Sequence record: NZ_CP033968.1
DNA: 64,000 nucleotides
Origin: a plasmid
Reading direction: 5' to 3' (one strand)
Shown: piece after piece, positions 36,760-46,483 of the stretch
Position numbering within the stretch: the stretch's first letter is position 1
Layout of the letters: every line of letters starts with the position of its first letter
Position numbers and translations under genes: made by a program
Notes under the pieces: generated by a model
Told to the model about the DNA's origin: nothing
What the model saw: the letters and a program-made list of their open reading frames with translations, nothing else
Databases searched by the model: none

Positions 36760-37929
36760 ATGCGTCGCCATAGCCTGACCCTCACGCTGGCAAAGATCCT
36801 ATTCAAGGACGGGCCCGTGAAGTTCTTCCAGCTCGTCTACATCCTCGGCCGTTCGAAGCTACGGCGGACCTATGATTCCCACACACGGCGCTTTCTCCAA
36901 GCCGGCCACGCCGCGTTACTCGCCGCGGGTGTGATAGTGCTGTGGCTCGCTGTGCGAGATCCATCCCTGATCGATGCGAGGTCTACGGCCGGCCGGATCT
37001 TCTGCGGAGCGATCGGCATGGCTTTTACCCTGAGCGGTGCGACGTGGTTTCTCATGCCGGCATTTCAACGAGCGACGCTGCTGGGGGAGGTGACGGCCGG
37101 CACGTTGTACGGGATGCTCCTCGCCGGTGTCACGTGGTTGGGTTGGGAGCGTGCGGCGGCGCTCTACCAGGCCAATCCTGTAGCGTTAGTCGCTGGAGTA
37201 CTCGTCGTCGCGGCGCTTGTGCTGGCGTTTGCCCATCCGCTCTCGCTCTTTCTGCGTTTCCGATTGCTGCGGCTGCGCACCAATCACTATGCGTTCGAGA
37301 CCCCATATCACCAGATGCTCGCTTCGCGCCCAGCTAGAGGGCAGTACAGAGGCGTGGCAATTCATGAGGCTGGCCATGCTCTGATGTACAGCTTGGGCGA
37401 TCGGGTGCCAGAGGACGCGATCGCCTATATTGACTTCGACACCATCTCGCCGAACCTGGGGCAGGTTTCGCTGCCAACTCTGAAGGAGGGTGATATCAGC
37501 ATGGCCATGCTGGAGTGGAAAATGCATACATACCTCGCTGGAATGGTAGCGGAGGTTTTGCGTGCAGGGACTCACGGCATGGGCGTGTCCGGAGACCTCG
37601 AGGGCTGGAGTGAGCTAGTTGGCCCATACCTCTTGTTGCGCACCGATGTTGTGTACTTCGCCAATCCAAGTACCGAGCTGGAGATCGAGTCCAACAAGAG
37701 GGAGGTTGCAGCGTTGAAGAAACACATGCTGGCAGTGCTCACACGCTTTATGCGGGCAAACTGGCATGTCGTCGAGCGGATCGCTGACTGCCTTGAGGAG
37801 GTGGACTGCCTTGATCACCAGCAGTTGGCTGGCCTGATTTCTGGCGTGGTGCGCACGGGCGGGCTGCCGACGCCAGTTTGGCCAGACCACATGGATGGCA
37901 CGCCGCTGCGCCAGATCCCGGGCGCTTGA
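36760..37929 (+). CDS. polytopic membrane protein with a C-terminal FtsH-type (M41-like) zinc-metallopeptidase domain; no AAA ATPase domain
   Basis: HEAGHALMY is an HEXXH motif, and LAGMVAEVLRAGTHGMGVSGDLEGWSEL follows the FtsH peptidase pattern. GGAGCA precedes the internal ATG. Confidence 0.65.
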   Translation: MRRHSLTLTLAKILFKDGPVKFFQLVYILGRSKLRRTYDSHTRRFLQAGHAALLAAGVIVLWLAVRDPSLIDARSTAGRIFCGAIGMAFTLSGATWFLMPAFQRATLLGEVTAGTLYGMLLAGVTWLGWERAAALYQANPVALVAGVLVVAALVLAFAHPLSLFLRFRLLRLRTNHYAFETPYHQMLASRPARGQYRGVAIHEAGHALMYSLGDRVPEDAIAYIDFDTISPNLGQVSLPTLKEGDISMAMLEWKMHTYLAGMVAEVLRAGTHGMGVSGDLEGWSELVGPYLLLRTDVVYFANPSTELEIESNKREVAALKKHMLAVLTRFMRANWHVVERIADCLEEVDCLDHQQLAGLISGVVRTGGLPTPVWPDHMDGTPLRQIPGA

Positions 37930-37937
37930 CGTCGGGC

Positions 37938-37975
37938 ATAAAAAAACCGCCAACGCATAGCGCCGGCGGTTTCTG
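37938..37975. terminator. bidirectional rho-independent terminator between convergent genes
   Basis: An A7 run is followed by the hairpin ccgccaacgcatagcgccggcgg and then a T-rich tract. Confidence 0.55.
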
Positions 37976-37993
37976 TGGGTTAGAAATCAGTCG

Positions 37994-38173
37994 TTAAGAG
38001 CGCTGTTTCCGAAAGCCATGCAGGGAATCCTGCTTTTCCTTGTTCTGTTCGGTCGGTGTGCGGCGAGCTTCTTTGCGCACTGCCTGGATAGCACCGACTA
38101 GAGGTGCGAAGAACAGACGCGGGGCTTCCCGAGCTGCGGTAACAAACTCCGAGCGAAAGCTGGTCTTGGTCAT
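37994..38173 (-). CDS. small basic protein (59 aa), absent from the ORF track
   Basis: The ATG overlaps the upstream gene stop (ATGA coupling). Hand translation gives MTKTSFRSEFVTAAREAPRLFFAPLVGAIQAVRKEARRTPTEQNKEKQDSLHGFRKQRS. Confidence 0.3.
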   Translation of the reverse strand: MTKTSFRSEFVTAAREAPRLFFAPLVGAIQAVRKEARRTPTEQNKEKQDSLHGFRKQRS

Positions 38174-38442
38174 TCGAGCATCTCCTTGACGGCTCGATAT
38201 CCAGTGATACCGAGGTAGACCAAGTATAACACCGCGTCAACGATGGTGATCGTGTGCTCAAGGAACGAGATCACCTGGAGGGTAAAGGTCGGTATCCCGA
38301 CCGTTTCCAGGAACCGGATCAGCAAAGACAAGCCGACAGCGACGCTACCGATGATCAAGAAGATCAACGTGCCGACGACAGTATGTGCTGCGAAGTGCGC
38401 AACGGGCGCCCACCAGGCTTTGTGATGTTTCGTTTCAGCCAT
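38170..38442 (-). CDS. small membrane protein (90 aa)
   Basis: AGGAGA lies upstream of the internal ATG (MAETKHHKAWW). The protein has three hydrophobic helices. Confidence 0.5.
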   Translation of the reverse strand: MAETKHHKAWWAPVAHFAAHTVVGTLIFLIIGSVAVGLSLLIRFLETVGIPTFTLQVISFLEHTITIVDAVLYLVYLGITGYRAVKEMLE

Positions 38443-39061
38443 GTTTCTCCTGTGTTGAGTTAAGCACCTGGGAACCCCAGGGCTCCAAGCCTCCTTGCAT
38501 AGACCTGGCAACACAGGAATGCGCAACGCCTGGGGATAAGTTGGGGTGGTGCCTCAATGGACGTCGCCGGCCGGCCGATAGACAGAAGACCATTCAGTAG
38601 AACGTGAGCGTCACCGCCAACGAGTTGCTGCAGGATTTGGACCCGCTCGGCCCGCAGCGGCTGCTTGCCACCTTCGCACGATTTGCTGTCATCTTGACAA
38701 ATAGCACTCAATCGAACAAGATGCATAACATGTAGGTATATGCGTTGAGTATAGCAATAGCGATATTTGCTCAGTCGACAGGGCCATGCGGAAATGTTGC
38801 GGCGCATGTTGAGCGCCGGCGATGGTGTAGTCATCCTCCGCATCACCGGGGATCTCGAGCGGCATCATCCGAATGTTGAGATCTTCGAAGGTTGGGAGGG
38901 CTATCAGCGATTCTTGGCGCCAATCCTGCGCAGCGGGAAGCTTCAGAAGGGCGATGGGAGTACGCTGCTTTAACTGCATCGAGTTCGTTTTTGCGGCACG
39001 ACACGGAATTGCTCACGTTTGCGGCACTGATCAACGACGCTTGGGCATAGAAATCGCAACC

Positions 39062-39679
39062 ATGACTGCCACAATCGAAACACCGCTTGCCGCTGTGGGC
39101 AAAGCGATCAGCGGGATCAAGGCCAAGCATCCTGAACCTGATGCGGGCGGACGCGTTCCGAACGCGCAGATAGTAGAGTTCCATGAACGCCAGGTCGACG
39201 CTTGGCGTGCGCAGGCAGCGGAAGCCAGCCTGCTGGCACAGCACAAGTCAGAGTCAGGTGAGTCTGAGCTGGCGCTCGTACTATCGGAATGGAGCGAGCG
39301 GACGATGCGCGCAGCCGATGAGAGAGCTAGATATCTCACGTCTGCAGAGTATCAAGAATGGCTCGCGGGCCGGCAGGAGTGGTTGGCGGAGGCCACCGTT
39401 GACACGGTCGCAGCCGACAATAGCAAACGGGCGTGCGCGTTCGGCAAGGGTGTACGCGTCGTGATCGCTGAGGACATTGATAGGCGGTTCTGGCGCTATC
39501 GGTCAGGCCAGACCGGTACGGTCAGGTATGTGCTCGATGATGGCGGCGTGGAAGTACTGCTCGACGGCTACAAACGCGAAAAGCTATCCAACTGGTGGCG
39601 TCGCATCTGGCGAGGCGAAGGCGCCAACCTGGTCCCTTGGCGCGGCGTGTTCAAGGCCTCGGAATTGCGAGTCATTTGA
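39062..39679 (+). CDS. hypothetical protein; the start is uncertain and may lie as far up as 38873
   Basis: The C-terminal two-thirds of the ORF reads like a real protein. Confidence 0.4.
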   Translation: MTATIETPLAAVGKAISGIKAKHPEPDAGGRVPNAQIVEFHERQVDAWRAQAAEASLLAQHKSESGESELALVLSEWSERTMRAADERARYLTSAEYQEWLAGRQEWLAEATVDTVAADNSKRACAFGKGVRVVIAEDIDRRFWRYRSGQTGTVRYVLDDGGVEVLLDGYKREKLSNWWRRIWRGEGANLVPWRGVFKASELRVI

Positions 39680-39696
39680 ACCACAGGAGCCGTAGG

Positions 39697-39912
39697 ATGA
39701 GTACCAAGGTTTGGAACGTGATGTACATGCTTGGAAATACTGCCCGCATTGTTGGCGATGCGGGTAATCCTCAGGCCCGCAAGTCCGCGCTTCACGTAGC
39801 CGCAGTCATCGACAAGAACGGGTGGCGTGTCTGGGTGGAGCATCACAAGACAGGCAAGCGCCTTTTCGAGAGCGAGCGCGAGAAGACGCACCGGGAAGCT
39901 CCCCCCGTGTAG
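39697..39912 (+). CDS. hypothetical protein (71 aa)
   Basis: AGGAG lies upstream of the internal ATG (MSTKVWNVMYML). Confidence 0.45.
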   Translation: MSTKVWNVMYMLGNTARIVGDAGNPQARKSALHVAAVIDKNGWRVWVEHHKTGKRLFESEREKTHREAPPV

Positions 39913-39969
39913 AGGAGAAGGCGATACGCTGGACGAAGGGCGGCCCGGTAACAAAGGGAAAGGTCAAGT

Positions 39970-40179
39970 ATGGCAGGATCACTAGCAGGCCAAATCGGGC
40001 TGGCACTCTTCGGATTGCTCGTGGTGTCGGCCTTTTGCATGGGTGTAATTGCACCGCTCAATCGCTCGGTTGCGTTGACCACAATTGGGCTCAGCACTGC
40101 AACGGCTTTCGCGTCGTTTGTGGTGCCTGTATGGGAAGAGCTATGGAACTCGCACTTCATGGTGGCGGCAAGGTCTTGA
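39970..40179 (+). CDS. small membrane protein (69 aa)
   Basis: An AAAGG-containing RBS lies upstream, and the protein has two TM segments. Confidence 0.45.
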   Translation: MAGSLAGQIGLALFGLLVVSAFCMGVIAPLNRSVALTTIGLSTATAFASFVVPVWEELWNSHFMVAARS

Positions 40180-40406
40180 TGTCTGCACCACAGCAGAAGT
40201 GGCACGGTGATAACCCTGCCGTAGCACAGTATGCCCGTTTTGCTGGTCAGGACATGGCAGCGATAACCGACGATGCTGGCGCATTCGACTTGCTGTATCT
40301 CGGCTTTGTAACTGGCGGCTTCCCGACCATTGATGCAGCGAAAGACGCGGCGCCACAGTTTGCACGCCGGGTCTTGTCCCATTTGTCCAGCCTGATCGAC
40401 GGCTAG
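40143..40406 (+). CDS. hypothetical protein (87 aa)
   Basis: GGGAAGAG lies upstream of the internal ATG. It overlaps the 3' end of the previous ORF in another frame. Confidence 0.35.
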   Translation: MELALHGGGKVLMSAPQQKWHGDNPAVAQYARFAGQDMAAITDDAGAFDLLYLGFVTGGFPTIDAAKDAAPQFARRVLSHLSSLIDG

Positions 40407-40435
40407 GACCGCACTGACACTACGGAATAGACGAA

Positions 40436-40657
40436 ATGGACAACGAATTAGAGCTGAGAACTATGGTTGGCGAAGCCGACCGTACTTTGCTCGTGGCGGG
40501 GCTCCAGGCGCTGCATCGTGAGCGCCTTGCCGCCTACAACGCGGCCGTGTATGTGGCGTTCATTCGTGGTGAGCTCCATCCTCCCATGGCGATGTTTGGC
40601 TTGGACGAAGTGCACACGATGCTTCGGCGTGTCGGTGCAGCGCCGGCCCCGTTCTGA
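40436..40657 (+). CDS. hypothetical protein (73 aa)
   Basis: ORF only. Confidence 0.4.
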   Translation: MDNELELRTMVGEADRTLLVAGLQALHRERLAAYNAAVYVAFIRGELHPPMAMFGLDEVHTMLRRVGAAPAPF

Positions 40658-40669
40658 TCGGAAGCGGCG

Positions 40670-40912
40670 ATGAGCTTGATCGACGAAGCGAGGCGTTGGC
40701 GCCAACAGTGGGGCTACGTTGGCCGCGGCGGCGTAATAGTGGTTTTTGAGGGCAAGGCGCAGGGGTGGGTGAACGAGCTTAGGAATCCAGAACGCTGGCA
40801 GCCTGGCTGCGTGGCGTTCGATGAACAAGGCCGGAGCTGGACAACCATCGCTGGCAATGAACGAGACGGGGCGCTGATGTGGTTGCCCAATGACCCGATC
40901 AAGGGAGAATGA
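40670..40912 (+). CDS. hypothetical protein (80 aa)
   Basis: ORF with GGAAG upstream. Confidence 0.45.
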   Translation: MSLIDEARRWRQQWGYVGRGGVIVVFEGKAQGWVNELRNPERWQPGCVAFDEQGRSWTTIAGNERDGALMWLPNDPIKGE

Positions 40913-41133
40913 GCATGATCCTTACTGAAGCAGAGCGGGTCGCGATTCGCGGCTTGGCGTCAGGCGACAAGACGCAATTCGAGGCCGCGCAGGGCGCCTT
41001 TAATCGGGCAGCACGGCAACACGGCGTGGACTCCTGCGTAGAGCTCCAATTCATGGCTGAATTGCTTGCGCCGGTTCCGGATCTGCTACTGCGCTCACAG
41101 TATCGCGCGGCCGTACTGAAGCAAGCGATTTGA
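40909..41133 (+). CDS. hypothetical protein (74 aa)
   Basis: Its start overlaps the upstream stop. Confidence 0.45.
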   Translation: MSMILTEAERVAIRGLASGDKTQFEAAQGAFNRAARQHGVDSCVELQFMAELLAPVPDLLLRSQYRAAVLKQAI

Positions 41134-41151
41134 TGGGAAATGGACCAAATG

Positions 41152-41538
41152 AGCGTAGCAAAGTGCGTTGCATCACTACTTGTCCTCTCGGCTGTCACAG
41201 GCTGCGCAATGACGCAACAGGAATTGGCGCACGAACCGCCAAATGCAAAATTTGTCGTGGCTGCAGAGTTCGGATGTCTCTATGAAAAGGGCGCCGAAAG
41301 AGCTGCTGCCAGCTTGGGCGTGAGCGAACCGAAGATGAGCGGCTACATTAGCTCCAAAGGCGGCTACGCATGGTTCCGACAACCGCTGACCTTGATCATG
41401 CTGCGTTCCAAAGGCGCCGGCAGCACTGAGATCACGCGACAGCAACACGGAAGCGCGGCGGTCCTAGGCCAAGGCGAAGACATGCTTGCTTACTTGAAAT
41501 CGAATCCATGTGTGGTCGATCCCCAGCGCCCAGAGTAG
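41152..41538 (+). CDS. putative lipoprotein (128 aa)
   Basis: MSVAKCVASLLVLSAVTGC is a signal peptide with a lipobox. Confidence 0.5.
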   Translation, partial: SVAKCVASLLVLSAVTGCAMTQQELAHEPPNAKFVVAAEFGCLYEKGAERAAASLGVSEPKMSGYISSKGGYAWFRQPLTLIMLRSKGAGSTEITRQQHGSAAVLGQGEDMLAYLKSNPCVVDPQRPE

Positions 41539-41569
41539 CTTCACCAGCGAAGAGGAATAGCCATTCGAT

Positions 41570-42016
41570 TCACTGGCAGCGCGTATCAGTGCGCTTGACC
41601 ATCTCTCTCAACTCATCCCGAACGTGCTCCGGGAGTGTTACGCCGCTTGCCATCCTGAGGAATGCCGCTCGATGTGCTCGCGACCGAGAACACAAGGCTT
41701 CCAGCTTTGTGAATGCCTCGCGTGATACGCGATAGCTTTTGGTCTCGCGAAAGACCAGGCTCAAACAAAAATCAAGAATTGACACGCGCTTGCGCAGGAA
41801 GACCGCGACGATCACGTGATCTCGGGCCTCGCGCTCCTCTGGCGGTATGGCCCCTACGCGGACGTAGTCAATCGGCTCGGTGATGTACTCCTCATCAAGC
41901 GGCGTAGCCATATGGCGAGTCGTACGGCCACCCACGTTGAAGGTATAGTCAGGATCGAATGGTTCTTGTGCGTATTCCCAGGATGGACGTGGGATCGCGG
42001 TGCCTGGATACGTCAT
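41570..42016 (-). CDS. hypothetical protein (148 aa)
   Basis: It is coupled to the upstream gene stop. Confidence 0.5.
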   Translation of the reverse strand: MTYPGTAIPRPSWEYAQEPFDPDYTFNVGGRTTRHMATPLDEEYITEPIDYVRVGAIPPEEREARDHVIVAVFLRKRVSILDFCLSLVFRETKSYRVSREAFTKLEALCSRSRAHRAAFLRMASGVTLPEHVRDELREMVKRTDTRCQ

Positions 42017-42017
42017 T

Positions 42018-42458
42018 TCAGTTTTCAGCCCCCACGAAATCGCCGTTTGGGCGCTTGAGTCGCATCATTGGAATGCCTTTGTGTTCCAGGTGCTCAACGG
42101 ACCAGGTCTCGGACGTCTTTTTGCCGCCTGAACCGTAGAGGGAAACGGGAACACTCTTTGTGGCTGGGCCGAAGACGACGCAACCTGATCCGTCCACAGG
42201 ATGTCCACCCATGAACCAGAGGTACTTTGATGGCGGCACTGGTTCGCTGGGGCACAGATCGCTACCACTGATGACTGTAGCTTCCCCACCAACCACGAGC
42301 CGCGTCCCTGGTGGAATTACCGTGGTGTAGCCGGGCGACCCGATTGCCTTGTATGCTCCCGCGCCGATGTCCTCCAACATACCTGCGTGAGACACCCTTG
42401 CCAAACTGAGGGCGGCACCGACCAGCAGCGTCAAGGTTTTCAGAGTTCGCCTCTTCAT
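42018..42458 (-). CDS. secreted protein (146 aa)
   Basis: MKRRTLKTLTLLVGAALSLARVSHA is a signal peptide. Confidence 0.55.
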   Translation of the reverse strand: MKRRTLKTLTLLVGAALSLARVSHAGMLEDIGAGAYKAIGSPGYTTVIPPGTRLVVGGEATVISGSDLCPSEPVPPSKYLWFMGGHPVDGSGCVVFGPATKSVPVSLYGSGGKKTSETWSVEHLEHKGIPMMRLKRPNGDFVGAEN

Positions 42459-42763
42459 CGTTCAACCATCCCGTTCAGGTGTGTTCCCGGATGGATCGCG
42501 CCATCGCTCTCACCTTGTGGTCGGCCTGCGAAAAATTGGGATTGCCCAAACAGTGGGTAAAGGGTTAATGGCCCTGCCACGAAGAAGACATTGAGCATGA
42601 TGAAGTCCATCAGGAAAGTCTTCCCGAACCCGGCGCGGGCCTCTTCCGATAGAGCAGGGAGATTCCAGAAGGCAAGGCCCACCCCGCTCTTGATGCACGC
42701 CATCACGAAAGCCGCGAGCGTGACACCTAGCATCAGGGCGCCGATCATATCACTGCGTTTCAT
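42455..42763 (-). CDS. small membrane protein (about 102 aa)
   Basis: AGGAG lies upstream of the internal ATG (MKRSDMIGALML). Confidence 0.5.
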   Translation of the reverse strand: MKRSDMIGALMLGVTLAAFVMACIKSGVGLAFWNLPALSEEARAGFGKTFLMDFIMLNVFFVAGPLTLYPLFGQSQFFAGRPQGESDGAIHPGTHLNGMVER

Positions 42764-43051
42764 CCTTACTCCTGTACCTGTTTCTTGTGACTGGGGCGGG
42801 GAGGAGATTGCGCCTGGCGCCATTCCGATTAGTTCTTGCCAAAGATCCGGCGAGCGCAGACATGCAGCGGAATTCCGGTGAGAAGCAACGCGACTCCGAC
42901 GATGACGGGAGTCGCCTGCGAGGTTTCAAACAATCACGATGCGCCGCCGGACTTCGCCATCAAGTACGTAACACCAGCAACACGGACGCCACCGCAATAA
43001 CGGCGAATATACCTGGCCCAAGGGGAGCCAGTAAGTCTTTGGGAGTCTTGT

Positions 43052-43345
43052 TCACTGGATAAACTCCACCGGCTGCCCGCCGATCACGGGGCGCTCGTGC
43101 TGCATCGGCAGGCTACCGATCCTTGGTGGTGCCGAAACGTTCGGGCGAAGTGAGGCAGGAGTGGCGCGGGTTAGGGCGCGCAATGCGCTCGGAGAGATCT
43201 TGAGCGAGCGGTCCGCGTCGACATGGTTCAAACCCTGCAGCAGCTCGTTGGCCGTGATGCTCAGGTTCTGCAGAATGTTGTCCGCCTCCCATTCCGGTAT
43301 GCGGGTCTCGTCGATACGCATTAGGAACGTTTGCTCCGTCATCAT
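43052..43345 (-). CDS. hypothetical protein (97 aa) downstream of abiEii
   Basis: ORF with an AAGG upstream. Confidence 0.45.
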   Translation of the reverse strand: MMTEQTFLMRIDETRIPEWEADNILQNLSITANELLQGLNHVDADRSLKISPSALRALTRATPASLRPNVSAPPRIGSLPMQHERPVIGGQPVEFIQ

Positions 43346-43354
43346 TTGTCGGCC

Positions 43355-44305
43355 TTATTGGGTTGTCGTGAGGAGTGCATCGAAACGTTCGCGGAGCAAC
43401 TTCTCTTGGTCTGCGAAGCGGGCGTCCCCCGAGTCCCTCAGCTTCATGATGTTCTGGAGCTTCCAACGGACGGCCGGCAAGTCCTTGAGGTGAGGGAAGG
43501 CCGGCATCAGAGTCCAGTCGGGCTCTGCCTTCACAAACGAGATGAGGAAATCGCGGTGAGCCGGGGTCAGCGCCGCGGGCAATTCGGTCTGAAGCCGCTG
43601 TTGGACGGCGACCAGGCGGTCGAGGCTTACCTCTTCAGTTGTCATACCCACAAACTCGCCGTAGCTCTCCTCGAGGTTCTTCTGCTTTGGGAACAGCACT
43701 TCATGGGTTGGTCGATTGTGTCCTGCCAGGTAGCCGACAAAGCAGTCGACGAAATCGGCTTGCAGGCCGAACATCTCATAGCAGTGCATGACATCGAAGA
43801 TGTCTCTCGAGTGCTGCCGATCCATCGCGGCAACCAGCTTGCTTCCGTACAGCTCTGCCTTCTGAAGGACCGGAACCGAGATGGACTTGTTGAAGAGCTC
43901 CTGTGCTTTTGGCACGAGTTCATGCATCACAGGGGCCAGCAACGTGCCCCGAAACACATAGTTGACTTCGACCTTCACGGACGAATCGGCAGATACCGCT
44001 GTCAGCTTGACGTCGTCCCCCTTGATCTTGCTGTTCGATGCGACCTTCGTGAAATGAGCCTCGTATCCCAGCTTCTCAATCGCCTCTTTTGCGCGGGCCA
44101 GCTCTTCTCCGATGCTCTGGAGCGCCGCTTCGCGGTCCATCGTGTGCTCGGTGAACACGACGTCGATATCGACGGACAAGCGGGGTAGGTCCTGGAGGAA
44201 CAGGTTAATGGCAGTTCCCCCCTTCATAGCGAACTTGTCAGTATCGAAGACGGGCGGCGCGATATCAATGAGCAGGCGGACGGTGTCGAGATAGGTATTG
44301 TTCAT
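43355..44305 (-). CDS. abiEii: AbiEii/AbiGii-family nucleotidyltransferase toxin (DUF1814)
   Basis: FAMKGGTAINLF and DIDVVF match the family signature. It overlaps the upstream antitoxin gene by 4 nt. Confidence 0.85.
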   Translation of the reverse strand: MNNTYLDTVRLLIDIAPPVFDTDKFAMKGGTAINLFLQDLPRLSVDIDVVFTEHTMDREAALQSIGEELARAKEAIEKLGYEAHFTKVASNSKIKGDDVKLTAVSADSSVKVEVNYVFRGTLLAPVMHELVPKAQELFNKSISVPVLQKAELYGSKLVAAMDRQHSRDIFDVMHCYEMFGLQADFVDCFVGYLAGHNRPTHEVLFPKQKNLEESYGEFVGMTTEEVSLDRLVAVQQRLQTELPAALTPAHRDFLISFVKAEPDWTLMPAFPHLKDLPAVRWKLQNIMKLRDSGDARFADQEKLLRERFDALLTTTQ

Positions 44306-45027
44306 GGTTCTTGTGCGATGCTGTGCTTCAGCTTGTTCGACAACCGTTTGGCTTCGACGCGTAGATCAACATGTTCTTGGAGGTGTTTTCCCCAGTCAAA
44401 GCCGCTTTCCTCTCCCAAGACCTTCACTAGCTTGAGGACTTTCAGGCGTGTGCAACTGTCCAAGAACATGTGGAGGACCGGTGGGCGGAGGCTTCGCATC
44501 GTGACGATGATGTTCTCCACCTCTTCGAGAGTCTGGTTCTTGCCGACATCGCTCACGAGCTCGAGGAACGCGCGCTCAGGAACGGATACGAGAACAGATG
44601 GGTTTCCGTTCGGCAGCGGCTTCAGGCCTTCATCGTAGGGGAACGACTCGCCAAACAGGTTGGTCGTCTGATAGCTATAGGTAAGGTGCTTGCCGACCCA
44701 GTCCGGAAATCTGTACGCACTCTGGCCCCAAAGCACTACCTTCTCTCGGAATGCGATGTTGTGGCGGACACCTTGCCAATCCAGGGCAGTTTTCCCCCCG
44801 ACGTGCAGCCCTTTGATCCGTCGGCTCAAGAACGCCAGGATTCCGTCCCGGGTTGGTTTGTCGCCCCGGAGCAGATAGGCGCTTCTCCCGAGTTGTTCGA
44901 GCCAGGCCTCGCTGACCATATGGCTAAGGGAGCGCTCAGACACGCCCATTTCGCGGAGCATCTCTGTGTCCATCGGCTGGCCGCGTGGCGCTTGCGCCAT
45001 CAGATTGTGGAGTGGCTTGTTACGCAT
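44302..45027 (-). CDS. abiEi: AbiEi antitoxin / transcriptional regulator (type IV TA)
   Basis: It has an N-terminal wHTH, and its position and size match AbiEi. The true start may be internal. Confidence 0.8.
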   Translation of the reverse strand: MRNKPLHNLMAQAPRGQPMDTEMLREMGVSERSLSHMVSEAWLEQLGRSAYLLRGDKPTRDGILAFLSRRIKGLHVGGKTALDWQGVRHNIAFREKVVLWGQSAYRFPDWVGKHLTYSYQTTNLFGESFPYDEGLKPLPNGNPSVLVSVPERAFLELVSDVGKNQTLEEVENIIVTMRSLRPPVLHMFLDSCTRLKVLKLVKVLGEESGFDWGKHLQEHVDLRVEAKRLSNKLKHSIAQEP

Positions 45028-45051
45028 TTCTCCATTCTAGTTGATTACTGA

Positions 45052-45085
45052 TGCAAAAACCCTCGCCAAAGTGTACGTTTTTGCA
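45052..45085. promoter_or_regulatory. inverted-repeat operator candidate in the abiE promoter region
   Basis: TGCAAAAAC and GTTTTTGCA are separated by 16 bp, and the repeat lies 25 bp upstream of the abiEi start codon. Confidence 0.45.
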
Positions 45086-45192
45086 TGAAAAATGTGAAAG
45101 GCATCGAGCGCACAGAGCTCTTACATACCAAGGGGCACCAATCACGTCATCATTGGATGCTATAATTTGTGCTTGTACTTGCGGAGGCTCCT

Positions 45193-45390
45193 ATGCGTAC
45201 GACCATTGCGCTTGACGATGAACTGTTGGCCAAGGCCCAAGCCTATACGGGGCTGGAAGAGAAAACGGCACTTGTGCGCGAGGCGCTAAAGGCCTTGATC
45301 CAGCGTGAAGCCGCCAAACGACTCGCGAACCTTGGCGGGAGCCAACCGGGCATCGAAGGGGTACCGCGTCGCCGGCAGGACACCAAATGA
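45193..45390 (+). CDS. vapB: VapB-type antitoxin
   Basis: MRTTIALDDELLAKA resembles a type II antitoxin N-terminus. GGAGG lies upstream, and a TATAAT is at 45161-45166. Confidence 0.8.
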   Translation: MRTTIALDDELLAKAQAYTGLEEKTALVREALKALIQREAAKRLANLGGSQPGIEGVPRRRQDTK

Positions 45391-45758
45391 TTCTTGTCGA
45401 CACGTCGGTCTGGATTGACCACCTCAACGCTTCTGATCCGATGCTGATCAGCCTCTTAACCCAGGAGCGTGTGCTGATTCATCCCTATGTGATCGGTGAG
45501 ATTTCGCTTGGTAGTCTGCGGGACCGAGATGTCGTGCTTGGCGCTCTGCGCGATTTGCCGCGAGCGCCTGTCGCAACACCAGAGGAGACCCTGTATTTGA
45601 TCGAGCGCGAAGGCTTGTTCAACCGTGGAATCGGATATGGCGATACATCATTGTTGGCATCCGCGCGTCTCCAACCAGGCATCGCCATCTGGACGCGTGA
45701 CAAGCGATTGAAGAAAGTTGCTGATGAACTCTGTCTCGGCGCGGTCCTTTCGCACTAG
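45387..45758 (+). CDS. vapC: VapC PIN-domain toxin
   Basis: ILVDTSVWIDHL fits the PIN domain, and the gene overlaps vapB by 4 nt. Confidence 0.85.
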   Translation: MILVDTSVWIDHLNASDPMLISLLTQERVLIHPYVIGEISLGSLRDRDVVLGALRDLPRAPVATPEETLYLIEREGLFNRGIGYGDTSLLASARLQPGIAIWTRDKRLKKVADELCLGAVLSH

Positions 45759-45835
45759 CTCGCGGTAGTGCGGAAGCGGCCGGCCGTGCAGTCAATCACC
45801 AGGCCGGCCCTCTGGTGGACAGGAGAATTAGAAGA

Positions 45836-46483
45836 ATGACCATGGAAGTCAAACACCACCTGTTGAATCCGGATGGATCGTATAGCCCGATCATCCCGGA
45901 TGAACCGATTGGAGGCACTGCCGCGCAGTACGCCAGTTTTATTCAGGCTGAAAACGAGAGAGACGCTGAGGCGCGGGCTCTCATGATGGCCGGGAAGGTT
46001 GTTCTGGGCGCGATTGCCGAGAGAATGGCCGCGCCAAACGACCGCGCGCAACATGAGGCTGAACCACTCGGAATGCGGATCGCAGAAGACCTCGCGGTGG
46101 TGTTCGCAGCGACGATGACGAAAACAGGATCGGTGAGCCACCAGACGGTGGATCAGATTAAGACCATTGAGGCCCCGGTACAAGTTGTCAATGGCGACGC
46201 ACCGAATACGGTAGACGAAGAGGCCAAGGTCCTTGCAACGTCACTGCCAGGCGTGGAGTCGGTCGCCGGCGAAGACGGCTCGATGCTCGTCCGGTTCAGC
46301 GACGGAACTGAGGCTACTGTCACGCGCAGCTTTCTCGCGTGGACGGGCGATCCGACGTTTGAGCTTTGGCTCCCTCGTGATGAGCGGACTGGCATGGCCA
46401 AGATGATGCCCAAGCTTTCAAGAGGTGAAGTACTTAACCCGCTCGGTCAACTCGCGGCGGCAGCCGCGAAGCGCGCAGCATAG
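45836..46483 (+). CDS. hypothetical protein (215 aa)
   Basis: AGGAGA lies 8 nt upstream of the ATG. Confidence 0.5.
   Translation: MTMEVKHHLLNPDGSYSPIIPDEPIGGTAAQYASFIQAENERDAEARALMMAGKVVLGAIAERMAAPNDRAQHEAEPLGMRIAEDLAVVFAATMTKTGSVSHQTVDQIKTIEAPVQVVNGDAPNTVDEEAKVLATSLPGVESVAGEDGSMLVRFSDGTEATVTRSFLAWTGDPTFELWLPRDERTGMAKMMPKLSRGEVLNPLGQLAAAAAKRAA

Noticed and set aside
37980-38261. The track ORF 37980..38261 (-), 93 aa
   Set aside because: It overlaps the membrane-protein gene 38170..38442 in another frame. The ATGA-coupled 59-aa frame at 37994..38173 is more plausible.
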